Of a stretch of DNA of 64,000 bases, positions 19,602 through 28,930 are shown one piece after another. The first letter of the stretch is position 1, and each line of letters starts with the position of its first letter. Made by a program: the position numbers and the translations under genes. Below the pieces are notes generated by a model. That model saw nothing but the letters and a program-made list of their open reading frames with translations. It was not told the DNA's origin and ran no database searches. Origin of the DNA: an uncultured bacterium (GTDB lineage: Bacteria; Oederibacteriota; Oederibacteriia; Oederibacteriales; Oederibacteriaceae); NCBI GenBank assembly GCA_965112635.1, contig OZ218778.1, positions 2,592,001 to 2,656,000 of the forward strand, written 5' to 3'.

Positions 19602-20474
19602 CTACCAGTTCCAGGATAATAAGAGGGCGGACAAAACGCCCCATAAAACTATATCGCTGGCCAACCAAACATCCGAGAGCAAAACCGCCTCTGGATTTCC
19701 GCCTAAATTCTTTTTATGCATAAGATAAAGGTATCTAAAAATACCGAACAGGACAAAAGGAATCGTCAACATCAACCCGTGCTTTTTTTCACTCGTAGGA
19801 GAAGTAAAAGTGTACAAAGAGTATGCAACCACCGTTGCGGAAGAGACCACCGATATCATTTGATCCAATAATCCTTCAGAATATTCATTTAGTATTTTGC
19901 GATGTTTTTGAGCATTCCCTTTCAATACCAAAAGTTCATGCCGTCTTTTTCCTAAACCAAGGAAAAGCGCAAGGAGAATCGTGCAGATAAGCAACCAAGG
20001 AGAAATGGTGAGATTAAGTACATAAGCACCAGCCGCAGCCCTGAGTACGAACCCAAAAGCGATAGTAAAAACGTCTATGATAACAACATGTTTCAATAAA
20101 AAACTATAAGCAATAAAAAGGAGCAAATAAACTAATAAGATGACGACGAAATCAATACTAAGCCATAAGGAACACAAGACTCCCAATAAAGCAAGGAACA
20201 ACGAAACGAAACCGGCCAGCCTTGGGGCTACTGAGCCCCTAGCCAAAGGCCTTTTTGATTTCATGGGATGGTGCTTGTCTTCTTCCAGATCGACAATATC
20301 ATTAAAAAGATAAATACCGCTGGTAACAAGACAAAAACAAATAAAAGCTACTATTGATTTTAAGGCCATCTGGACATTAAGGATGTTACCTGTAAAAATA
20401 AGCGCCGCAAATACCAATAGATTTTTAGTCCATTGTTTTGGTCTCATCATTTCCAAAATCGCCAGAGCTCCCAT
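19602..20474 (-). CDS. UbiA family, decaprenyl-phosphate phosphoribosyltransferase (DPPR synthase)-like
   Basis: MRPKQWTKNLLVF, YLFNDIVDLEEDKHHPMKSKRPLARG, AYSFLLKH, LGKRRHEL, GIFRYL. Confidence 0.88.
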   Translation of the reverse strand: MGALAILEMMRPKQWTKNLLVFAALIFTGNILNVQMALKSIVAFICFCLVTSGIYLFNDIVDLEEDKHHPMKSKRPLARGSVAPRLAGFVSLFLALLGVLCSLWLSIDFVVILLVYLLLFIAYSFLLKHVVIIDVFTIAFGFVLRAAAGAYVLNLTISPWLLICTILLALFLGLGKRRHELLVLKGNAQKHRKILNEYSEGLLDQMISVVSSATVVAYSLYTFTSPTSEKKHGLMLTIPFVLFGIFRYLYLMHKKNLGGNPEAVLLSDVWLASDIVLWGVLSALLLSWNW

Positions 20475-20495
20475 GTCTCACTCCTTTTTATTAGG

Positions 20496-20885
20496 TCAAC
20501 AAAAAAAACCCGCACTGATTGGAAATGCATTGATGTAATGAGACACTACCGCCCTGTCTCCTTTAACTTCCAACCCAATGACATCAAACCTACAAGGAAT
20601 ATTGCTTAAATTCTTTCCTTGCACATAAATCATTGCCGCTTTGCTCATTTGCTTCTGCTTAAAAGCCGTCACAGCTTCTGAAGGATCGCCGAACTTCTTG
20701 TTCCGTCTGGTTTTGACTTCAATAAAAACCAACACATCATGGTCCTTAGCAATAATATCAATTTCTCCGCCCCTAATCCGGTAATTTTTTTCTAATATTT
20801 TATAGCCTTTTTGGGCTAAAAATACTGACGCAACCGCCTCCCCTTTCTTGCCGGTTTCTTGAGTTAATGAGTTATAAATAGCCAT
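20496..20885 (-). CDS. yraN: YraN family (UPF0102) putative endonuclease
   Basis: GKKGE..A, NYRIRGGEIDII, VFIEVKTR, CRFDVI; ATG at 20885 preferred over the track start, which lies inside rnhB. Confidence 0.9.
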   Translation of the reverse strand: MAIYNSLTQETGKKGEAVASVFLAQKGYKILEKNYRIRGGEIDIIAKDHDVLVFIEVKTRRNKKFGDPSEAVTAFKQKQMSKAAMIYVQGKNLSNIPCRFDVIGLEVKGDRAVVSHYINAFPISAGFFC

Positions 20886-20890
20886 GACGA

Positions 20891-21523
20891 TCAGACGATC
20901 TTCTTCAAAACACCAGAAAAAGTTTTCCGGTGGATCGGGCAAGGTCCGTAAGTCGCAATCGCCTTTAGATGACGGACAGTAGGATATCCTTTATGTTGGA
21001 TAAAACCATATTGAGGATACAACCGATCATAATCTTCCATTAAACGGTCCCTTCTTACCTTGGCAATGATAGACGCAGCTGCGATAGATTCGCTCAGTTG
21101 GTCGCCGCATACTATCGCTTGTTGGCGAAAGGGTAAGTTGGGAATGATAAACGGGCCGTCCACAAAGACGCAATCAGGCGGCGTTTTTAAATCATTCAAA
21201 GCCTTGCTCATTGCCCTAAAGGTCGCTTGCAAAATATTAAGCTCATCTATTTCTTTTTCATCGGCCATTCCCACACCTATGGCTATGGCAATTTTACTGA
21301 TTACTTGATAAAGGATCTCGCGGTTTTTGGGGGTTAGTTGCTTGGAATCATTAACACCTTCTATGGGATTTGAACGAGGGAGGATCACCGCAGCAGCTAC
21401 CACAGGACCAGCCAAGGGACCCCTTCCAGCTTCATCGATACCAGCCACCAATTTTGCTCCGGCTCGATAGGCATCCTTCTCATAACACAATAAATCAGGA
21501 TGCATTACCTTCCGAAAAGTCAT
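20891..21523 (-). CDS. rnhB: ribonuclease HII
   Basis: GIDEAGRGPLAGPVVAAAV, DSKQL, SIAAASIIAKV.RD, HKGYPT, HRKTF. Confidence 0.96.
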   Translation of the reverse strand: MTFRKVMHPDLLCYEKDAYRAGAKLVAGIDEAGRGPLAGPVVAAAVILPRSNPIEGVNDSKQLTPKNREILYQVISKIAIAIGVGMADEKEIDELNILQATFRAMSKALNDLKTPPDCVFVDGPFIIPNLPFRQQAIVCGDQLSESIAAASIIAKVRRDRLMEDYDRLYPQYGFIQHKGYPTVRHLKAIATYGPCPIHRKTFSGVLKKIV

Positions 21524-21564
21524 CCCATTCCCCTAATGGACGAAGGATTCTGCCTCAGACCTAG

Positions 21565-21942
21565 TCAAGATTGGCTCTTTATTGCAATCTCTTCATTAGA
21601 AGCTGCTTGCTCTTTTATTCTGGAATCTTTACTGCTTTTGCTTTCCAAGTAATATAATTTGGCGCGGCGGACCTGTCCTCTTTTCACAACAACGATTTTG
21701 TTGATGAGCGGCGAATTTAAAGCAAAGGTACGCTCGACACCGACCCCATAAGAAATACGTCTAACCCTAAATATTTCCCTTAATCCTTCACCTTTCTTCC
21801 CAACTACTGTTCCTTCAAATATCTGCAACCGTTCCTTTTCGCCCTCTTTAACATTTAAATAAATCTTAACGATATCGCCGGGCTTAAAGTCAGTAGCGTT
21901 CTTCTTGATCTGCTCCTTTTCTAATAAACCAATATAGTCCAT
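21565..21942 (-). CDS. rplS: 50S ribosomal protein L19
   Basis: FKPGD, EGEKERLQIFEG, SYGVGVERTF, VRRAKLYYL; GGAGG RBS before ATG 21942. Confidence 0.97.
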   Translation of the reverse strand: MDYIGLLEKEQIKKNATDFKPGDIVKIYLNVKEGEKERLQIFEGTVVGKKGEGLREIFRVRRISYGVGVERTFALNSPLINKIVVVKRGQVRRAKLYYLESKSSKDSRIKEQAASNEEIAIKSQS

Positions 21943-21974
21943 AAAAAACCTCCCATTCAAGCTTAATATTTTAG

Positions 21975-22667
21975 TTAACTCTTCTTGGTTAAAAAATCAG
22001 GCCTTCGTAATTTTGTTCTTTTGATAGCTTGTTTCTTACGCCACACTTCAATATTTTGGTGATTACCTGTAAGCAACACTTTCGGAACCTGCCATCCTAA
22101 ATAATTAACTGGCCGAGTATAATGGGGAAAATCTAATAATCCACTATGGAACGAGTCGTTTGCCACACTTGACTTATTTCCAACAACGCCGGGTATCAAA
22201 CGTGTAATAGAATCAATCATAACTGCAGCTGCAAGTTCTCCGCCGGATAACACATAATCCCCAACAGATACTTCCTCATCAACAAAATGCGCAGCAATTC
22301 TTTCGTCGACCCCCTCATAACGTCCGCAAATAAAAACCAAGCACTTTTCAGAAGATAATTCTACTGCTTTACGCTGCGTAAAAAGTCGGCCTTGCGGCGT
22401 CAGCAAGATTACCTTTTTATTCCTTGCTTTAATTGACCCTAAAGCCTTGACAATCGGGTCGCATTTTAAAACCATGCCGCCACCGCCCCCATAAGGGACA
22501 TCATCTGTTGTGCGGTGTTTGTCTTTAGCAAAATCCCTTAACTGCAGAAGCTTAACTTCAACAATATTCTTATCTTGAGCTTTTTTAAAAAGACTGGAAT
22601 TAACAAAACCCTGCAAAATTTCTGGAAATAAGGAAATAACATAGAACTTCAAGATTGTCTTTTCCAA
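21975..22667 (-). CDS. trmD: tRNA (guanine37-N1)-methyltransferase
   Basis: SLFPE, DDVPYGGGGGM, CGRYEGVDER, GDYVLSGGE, PHYTRP; exact start uncertain (22652-22691). Confidence 0.96.
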   Translation of the reverse strand: MEKTILKFYVISLFPEILQGFVNSSLFKKAQDKNIVEVKLLQLRDFAKDKHRTTDDVPYGGGGGMVLKCDPIVKALGSIKARNKKVILLTPQGRLFTQRKAVELSSEKCLVFICGRYEGVDERIAAHFVDEEVSVGDYVLSGGELAAAVMIDSITRLIPGVVGNKSSVANDSFHSGLLDFPHYTRPVNYLGWQVPKVLLTGNHQNIEVWRKKQAIKRTKLRRPDFLTKKS

Positions 22668-22674
22668 AACACAC

Positions 22675-23166
22675 TCACTCCTGCAGGACAACTTCCATTC
22701 TACCCAATTTTAAATCAACCTTCTTAACAACAGCTTTTAGGGCAGGAATTAATATCTCTTCCAGGTCTTTTCTAACTACATAAATATCATTGCTTCCCGT
22801 GGGAATAATTTCTTTAATTTTTCCAAGATAAGAACCCCGCAAATCAAATACCTGCAAACCAATAATCTGATAATAATAATAACGGCCTTCCGGCAAATTC
22901 TTGAGAAATTTCTTATCAATTGCGATAAAGCTTCCCGCAAACTTTTGGGCATCTTCACGCGACTTCAAGCATTCTAATTTAATGATATCCTTTCGGACTG
23001 CCTCGACAACTGCAGGAATTTTTTGGCCTTTCGGAACCAATAAAAACACTTCCTTTAATTCTGTCAGACGGCCAACAAATTCACTGCAACTTACGATCCG
23101 CGCCTCACCATTAACCCCGAATGCTTTTACTATTTGCGCGACTAAAACCAGATTTGTATGGAACAA
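22675..23166 (-). CDS. rimM: 16S rRNA processing protein RimM
   Basis: FGVNGE, YYYYQIIGL.V, TGSNDIYVV, EILIPA; canonical position between khpA and trmD. Confidence 0.92.
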   Translation of the reverse strand: MFHTNLVLVAQIVKAFGVNGEARIVSCSEFVGRLTELKEVFLLVPKGQKIPAVVEAVRKDIIKLECLKSREDAQKFAGSFIAIDKKFLKNLPEGRYYYYQIIGLQVFDLRGSYLGKIKEIIPTGSNDIYVVRKDLEEILIPALKAVVKKVDLKLGRMEVVLQE

Positions 23167-23168
23167 AT

Positions 23169-23399
23169 CTACTCCAAAACCTCTAGCATCACTCTCTTAT
23201 TACTGCGAGCTGCCGCACACGCCAGTATTGTCCTTAGGGCCTTGATCGTTCGTCCCTCTTTGCCGATAATCTTGCCAATGTCCGGCGTTGAAACCCTGAG
23301 CTCATAGATACTGACTTTATCCCCATCAACCTCTTTAACTGAAACTGCTTCCGGAGAATCGACTAATGACTTTGCTATATATTCAATTAACTCTTTCAT
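23169..23399 (-). CDS. khpA: KH-domain RNA-binding protein
   Basis: MKELIEYIAKSLVD, DIGKIIGKEGRTIKALR; follows rpsP. Confidence 0.93.
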   Translation of the reverse strand: MKELIEYIAKSLVDSPEAVSVKEVDGDKVSIYELRVSTPDIGKIIGKEGRTIKALRTILACAAARSNKRVMLEVLE

Positions 23400-23445
23400 C
23401 GTGCCAATACCTCCTTTGGTGCTGGCTTGGTTACAAAGTTGCGGC

Positions 23446-23715
23446 TTACGCCTTCTTACTTTCTAAAAATATCTTCCACAAACCGCTTTTTTTAAAAATA
23501 TTTTTGACAGTTTCAGAAGGAACAGCCCCTTTTTTTAACCACAAGATAGCCTTCTCGTCATTTATTTTTACAATTGGAGGGTTTTTTATCTGTTGGAAAT
23601 AACCGACCATTTCAATGATTCTCCCCTCTTTCTTTTTTCGTGAATCAGCCACAACAATTCGAAAGAACGGCTTTTTAATTGTTCCCATTCTGCTTAAACG
23701 CATTACTGTTGCCAT
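23446..23715 (-). CDS. rpsP: 30S ribosomal protein S16
   Basis: RLSRMG..KKPFFRIVVADSR, GRIIE.VG, WLKKGA.PSETV. Confidence 0.96.
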   Translation of the reverse strand: MATVMRLSRMGTIKKPFFRIVVADSRKKKEGRIIEMVGYFQQIKNPPIVKINDEKAILWLKKGAVPSETVKNIFKKSGLWKIFLESKKA

Positions 23716-23910
23716 TGAAATGTCCCTTCCTTAAAGTTTTTAGTAAGTTTGGTAGAAAATTATATAAATAACAGCATAAAAAATCAATTCTAAATAATTA
23801 AATTACAAATAACTGTATGTCAGCCGCAGCTACAAAGAGATCCTACTAAGGAAGAGAATTCCGGTGATATGTGGGTTTTATTTGAACTAAAAACGACTGA
23901 ACCTATCCAA

Positions 23911-25473
23911 TTATTTATTCTTTTCCATCCAGTCTTTTAATTCTGCATTACCCGGATTCCAAAGCAGACTCTTATTATAGCTGGAGAAAGCCTCAGATTT
24001 CTGGCCTTTGCGCAGATAACAATGTCCCAAAACCTCGTAGGACTGCCACATCGTATCGTCATTATCGATACTATCCAATAAACTGGCTACGGCACCATCG
24101 TAATCCTTTTGCTGGTAAAATTTCAAACCTGTGGAATACAACTCTATAGCTTTCCTTCGGTCAATCAATTTACCAGTTGCAGTGGTAGGATGCTCAACCT
24201 TCCATTTCTTCAACCATTCTGAAAGCAGAGGATTGTTGGGATCTAAAGCCAGGGATTTTTCATAAGCAACAATGGCTTCTGTAAATTTATTCTGTTTAAG
24301 ATAAAGATCGCCCAAGAACTGATAGGTCATGGCAAAATTGGGGTTTAACTGTATAGACTCATTATAAGAATTTAATGCTTCTTCATCTGCGCCCTTTTGG
24401 AAAAAATCTACCCCTTGTTTTAAAAGATTTTGGGCCTGAACCGCCTTTTTGTTTTCTTCCTCTTTTTTCTTAGCCGTAGCTACTGCTTCAAGAGAAGGGG
24501 TTGGCGTTGGTTTGGCTTGCGGGACTTCAGCTCCTGCAAAGGCTAAATTAATTGAAATATGCTGAACATTTCCCAAATCTCCCATAGGAATAAATGAATA
24601 ATTTATTTCTTGATTCATTGCACCAAAACCTAAACCAAAAGTTGCCCCAGTCATACCCCCCAAAACATTAGGCATCCATTTATAACCTCCCCTGAAATTG
24701 ATGCTTGAGGTATTTAACAAAATGCTGTATTCCGCGCCCCCTTGAATACTTAACCTCGCATCGGGCACTTGATAGTCTGCTTCGGCTCCAATAGTAATAA
24801 TATTATCATTACCATTGATGACCCAGGAACCCCCACCCCGTCCGGTCGTTGGCAATGGAGATTCCTGACTAACATATTTCATTTCTCCTATCCCAACATT
24901 CTGTAAAGCCAAACCCAAACATAGAGGACTCTTCTTCGCCTTGAGCATTACCCCAACATCAAGTGCAAATACTGTACTCACAGTATCTGCGATCTGCTCC
25001 TGCACCACCTTAAGATCACCACCAATACTAAACCTGCTCCAAAGCAAACGTGAAGCGCCTATTGAACCCGACCAGTCCGCATTTGAAAATTCACCTCCTG
25101 CCAGACCGTTGATGTCTCGATACTGATCACTCGCCGATAAGTAAAATAAATTAATACCAAAACCACCCGTGTCATAAGGGGAAGCAAAACTGAAGTAACC
25201 GCCTCCCATTAATTGATATAAATCGATATATTCGACATCGATCCTTCCGCCAGTCAACATACTTAATCCTGCTGGATTATAAACCATAGTATTAGCATCA
25301 TCAGGTAATCCGACAAAAGAGTCGGCCATGCTTGTAGGTCTGGCCCCTAAACCTAAACGCAGGAAATTGGCGGCACTATTGCCGGAATCTGCGCGGGAAA
25401 AAAGAGGGAAAAAACACAAAAAGCAAAAGAAGATACCAAAATTAAATAGAAATCTATTTATTTTTCGGGCCAT
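23911..25473 (-). CDS. PorV/PorQ-family outer-membrane barrel with C-terminal TPR repeats
   Basis: Signal peptide; FLRLGLGARPTSMA...YNPAGL; barrel ends INYSFIPMGDLGNVQHISI; Pro/Thr linker; TPRs (YNESIQLNPN, YEKSLALDPNN). Confidence 0.8.
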   Translation of the reverse strand: MARKINRFLFNFGIFFCFLCFFPLFSRADSGNSAANFLRLGLGARPTSMADSFVGLPDDANTMVYNPAGLSMLTGGRIDVEYIDLYQLMGGGYFSFASPYDTGGFGINLFYLSASDQYRDINGLAGGEFSNADWSGSIGASRLLWSRFSIGGDLKVVQEQIADTVSTVFALDVGVMLKAKKSPLCLGLALQNVGIGEMKYVSQESPLPTTGRGGGSWVINGNDNIITIGAEADYQVPDARLSIQGGAEYSILLNTSSINFRGGYKWMPNVLGGMTGATFGLGFGAMNQEINYSFIPMGDLGNVQHISINLAFAGAEVPQAKPTPTPSLEAVATAKKKEEENKKAVQAQNLLKQGVDFFQKGADEEALNSYNESIQLNPNFAMTYQFLGDLYLKQNKFTEAIVAYEKSLALDPNNPLLSEWLKKWKVEHPTTATGKLIDRRKAIELYSTGLKFYQQKDYDGAVASLLDSIDNDDTMWQSYEVLGHCYLRKGQKSEAFSSYNKSLLWNPGNAELKDWMEKNK

Positions 25474-25576
25474 ATTTCAATAATTTCCCTCTAAGGATAT
25501 ATTAATAGATAATAATGATGTAAATAATAGCAAAAAGTTTACCCTAAGCAATAAAAGGAGGAAAAAATATATATCC

Positions 25577-26947
25577 CTAGAAAGGAGATGCTATTCCTCG
25601 GGATTTGATATCCGCTCGCAAAAGTCGCAAAGATTCTCCAACAAGGTAGAACGAACCGGTAATAACGACAATCTCATTATGTTGTGCTTTCTTTTTACAC
25701 CATTTTATGGCACTTGAGACATTGGGAATTACTTCAATGTGCTCAAAATAATTTCTAATTATCTGAAATAGCTCATTGGGCAAGTAAGAACGTACGTTTG
25801 GTACTCGGGTAATAACCACAAATTTAGTTATAGTTCGTAAGATTTTAGCTATAGCATAAGCATTTTTATCCCTTAAAAGACCAAAAATCAGCTTAATAGC
25901 TCTTCTAGGAAATACCTCCTTAATTGTTTCACAGAGTGCAGCTATTGAAGCTACATTATGCGCCCCATCTAAAATGAATAGGGGTTGTCTGCCAATCATC
26001 TGAAATCTTCCTGTCATCCTGAGTGTTCGCCAACCCGAAAAACAATCTGCCTTCATCGTGATCTTTTTCTGTTGTTTAAGAACCTCCAAAACATCCATGG
26101 CCACAGCGGTGTTATCGACTTGATGCTTTCCTGGCAATCCCACATTAACTTTTATTATTTTTCCTTTTATTTTCCTAAAAGAACACTCTTGAAACGAACC
26201 TTTCAATTCCCTAAATACAACATGGAAGTCCTTGTCGGACCGATGCATCCTGCTGGTCTTCTCGGTACATTTTTTCTCTATAACTGCCATGACCTTACGT
26301 GTCTGCTTTGCGCAAACTAAATCAACTCCAGGCTTAATAATGCCAGCCTTTTCTTTGGCTATTGCCTCAATCGTATTGCCTAGTTCCATAGTATGGTCCA
26401 AACTAATCGGTGTTATAACACATATCTCGGGTAAAACAATATTGGTCGCGTCTAGTCTCCCCCCCAAACCAGTTTCCATCACGGCCCACTGGACATTCTC
26501 TTCTGCAAAAAACAAGAATGCTATAACTGTTAAAAGTTCAAATGTTGTAGGCGTCGCCGTAAAAACATCTTGATAATCACCTAATATTTTCTTAATACTG
26601 TTTGTAAACCAAATAAAGGCAGACTCTTGGATCATGATTCCTTGAGATTGGAACCGTTCTCTAATATTCAGAACATGCGGAGATAAGTATAGACCTGTTT
26701 TACATCCACAATGCATTAGAGCATTAGCCAGCATTGAACATATAGAACCCTTACCTTTTGTGCCAGCCACATGGATGACTTTTAATTGTAAATGTGGATT
26801 GCCAAATAATTGAAGGAGTCTATTCGTAACGTTAAGATTAAATATATTCTTTTGATAGCCAACCTTACTTATTTTTTCATAATTTGCAAAACTATCGAGA
26901 TAAGTTACAGCATCATTAATATTATGAATCTTGCCAATCGTTTTCAT
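25577..26947 (-). CDS. folC: folylpolyglutamate synthase / dihydrofolate synthase
   Basis: IHVAGTKGKGS, SPHV..IRER, ETGLGGRLDATN, ISLDH, EKAGIIK, LDGAHN, TGSFYLVG; start 26947 or 26989. Confidence 0.94.
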   Translation of the reverse strand: MKTIGKIHNINDAVTYLDSFANYEKISKVGYQKNIFNLNVTNRLLQLFGNPHLQLKVIHVAGTKGKGSICSMLANALMHCGCKTGLYLSPHVLNIRERFQSQGIMIQESAFIWFTNSIKKILGDYQDVFTATPTTFELLTVIAFLFFAEENVQWAVMETGLGGRLDATNIVLPEICVITPISLDHTMELGNTIEAIAKEKAGIIKPGVDLVCAKQTRKVMAVIEKKCTEKTSRMHRSDKDFHVVFRELKGSFQECSFRKIKGKIIKVNVGLPGKHQVDNTAVAMDVLEVLKQQKKITMKADCFSGWRTLRMTGRFQMIGRQPLFILDGAHNVASIAALCETIKEVFPRRAIKLIFGLLRDKNAYAIAKILRTITKFVVITRVPNVRSYLPNELFQIIRNYFEHIEVIPNVSSAIKWCKKKAQHNEIVVITGSFYLVGESLRLLRADIKSRGIASPF

Positions 26948-27059
26948 AATAAACACCCTTGGGTTTATAGTGACTTGACAAAGAATCATTAATGAGAAAA
27001 GAAAGGCCTAAAATGCTCATGCTAAAAAATGCTATCAAGTAAAATAGTAAATTTATTAT

Positions 27060-27674
27060 CTATTGATGGGAGTTGCGTCCCTGCGATTGGCTCGAATAAC
27101 TGATTCCCTGCTGCCTGCAAATAGTCCTTATTTTTGACTCCTTATCCTTCAAGGCGCTGATCTTCTTCCTATCCTCATCAATGCCTTTTTTAAATTTAAC
27201 TGCTTTCCCCTGCAGCAGCTTCATATCCTGAATCTTTTTTGCAATAAATTTATTATCTTTTCTATTCTCTAAATAATAATTTCGCAACTTATCATATTTC
27301 TTTTTAAATTCCTGAAAACTTTTTTGGGCAGTCTCAAATCCGTTCAAAAAAGAATGATAGTTTTCGTTAAAGTTATTGACCTTTAAATTCAATTCCTCAT
27401 TCTTCATCGCTAATTTCAAATTTCGCCCTGTTGTAAAATGTTTAATAATTTCATCAGCATTAGTTTTTGCTTTCGCCCCTGACTCCCCACCTGCTTTCAA
27501 TAACGCTAACGATTCGTCAACAATCTTTTTCACCACTGAAATATTCTTAATGAAGTCCAAGGATTCTTTGTCTGGGGTGGCGGTTTTCTTTGACTTCGAT
27601 AAGACTTCTGATGAAGGGTAAAATAATAAACAAAGAATAGCAGGAATGGTTATTAAAACCCGCGGCAATCTCAT
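27060..27674 (-). CDS. hypothetical exported Lys-rich helical/coiled-coil protein
   Basis: 204 aa, hydrophobic N-terminus, K/E-rich helical body; no family recognised. Confidence 0.6.
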   Translation of the reverse strand: MRLPRVLITIPAILCLLFYPSSEVLSKSKKTATPDKESLDFIKNISVVKKIVDESLALLKAGGESGAKAKTNADEIIKHFTTGRNLKLAMKNEELNLKVNNFNENYHSFLNGFETAQKSFQEFKKKYDKLRNYYLENRKDNKFIAKKIQDMKLLQGKAVKFKKGIDEDRKKISALKDKESKIRTICRQQGISYSSQSQGRNSHQ

Positions 27675-27696
27675 GCCTACACACCTTGGCTGGTAA

Positions 27697-28930
27697 TCAT
27701 TGATGATTTGTTATTGAATTAAATAAAGGACGCCCAAATTTAGTTTCCCCAAAATGGTCAATCAAACCTTGAATTTCATCGGCGGAAAAAAATATGTCTA
27801 ACTGCACCCCCACCTTGGCAATTGACCTGAGGAAATTTTTCGGGATTTGGAACTAGAATATAATACTCATTGGCCATTAACGGAGCATTCTCAATAAAAA
27901 CAGAGAATTTACCTTTCTGGCTATAAGCTAAGAAAAGAGATTGATTGACAATTAAGTATGCCCTTTTCTTATAGGCCAGCACTAAAGCGTCTTGCATTCC
28001 AGACTTGGCCTCAATATACCAGTTACCTTTGGGTACAACATTGGCCCTTTGCCAGATTTCTTTTTCCATTAAACAATCTCCAGAATCATCTGCCCTGGAA
28101 ACAAAGGGAGCTTTTACAAGGTATATTTTTCTCAAGGCAATATCCACATCAGATATTTTTGCTATTTTGGCAGGGTCTTCTTTGGGCCCTACTAAAAGAA
28201 AGGGGTCGGAAATTATCTTCCTGCTTGATAAAGCAATGCCGGAGCTTGTGGCTTGTGCAATTTCTGGCTGCCAGTTTGTAATCATTGCAGCTAATTTCCC
28301 TTTCATAAATAAATCCAAACTGGCTGAAGACTCTTGGCAAATTGGTTCAACAAGAGTTGAATATTTCTTTTCAAATAAAGCTATTAAAAGATTAATCATT
28401 TTGGTTTCACAAAGCTCGCTGCTAACACCAACCCTCAAAACTTCTCCCTGCAGAGAAACATTCTCTGGTTTTTCGTTAATAAATTGTTGAAGCACATCAG
28501 GCGTTGCTGTTGGTAAAGGCTTTGTCTTTTTCTTTGACTGGTTAGTTTTAGCATGTTGGGGCTTATGATTTTCCTTGTTTTTTTGTAGCTTGGGAAGAGG
28601 AGGTTCAGGCAGTTCCAATGCGGGAGGCTTTGGGCTTACAGCGTTCTGATTAGGGGCTGATATATTTGAAGTTGTGGAAATATCGATCGCCGAAGCTTTC
28701 TTCATTAATAGATCGGGCATTGGTGCTTCTGGTAAATTAACCGACGCACCTGGGGTTGGAGTAACCGTAATAAGCGTTGAATTACTCGGGGTAATGGTGC
28801 TTTGAAAAGCGGAAGAATCTCCTCCGGGTTCATTAGCAGTTTGGGTAACCTGACCTATACCATCTGAAACAGTCATCAATAAAAAAATAAAAAATGATAA
28901 TCCAACAAAATATACTTTTGACGTCATCAT
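27697..28930 (-). pseudogene. TupA-like (tungstate/molybdate PBP2) substrate-binding protein with Pro-rich N-extension; frameshifted near 27784-27811
   Basis: FLLVGPKEDPAKI, FVSRADDSG, WYIEAKSGM, LMANEY..LVPNPEKFPQVN are TupA-like; track ORF stops at 27776, but removing one base gives ...DIFFSADEIQGLIDHFGETKFGRPLFNSITNHQ* ending at 27697. Confidence 0.7.

Noticed and set aside
20886-20942. Track's N-terminal extension of YraN
   Set aside because: Overlaps the rnhB 3' end; ATG at 20885 gives a normal-length YraN.
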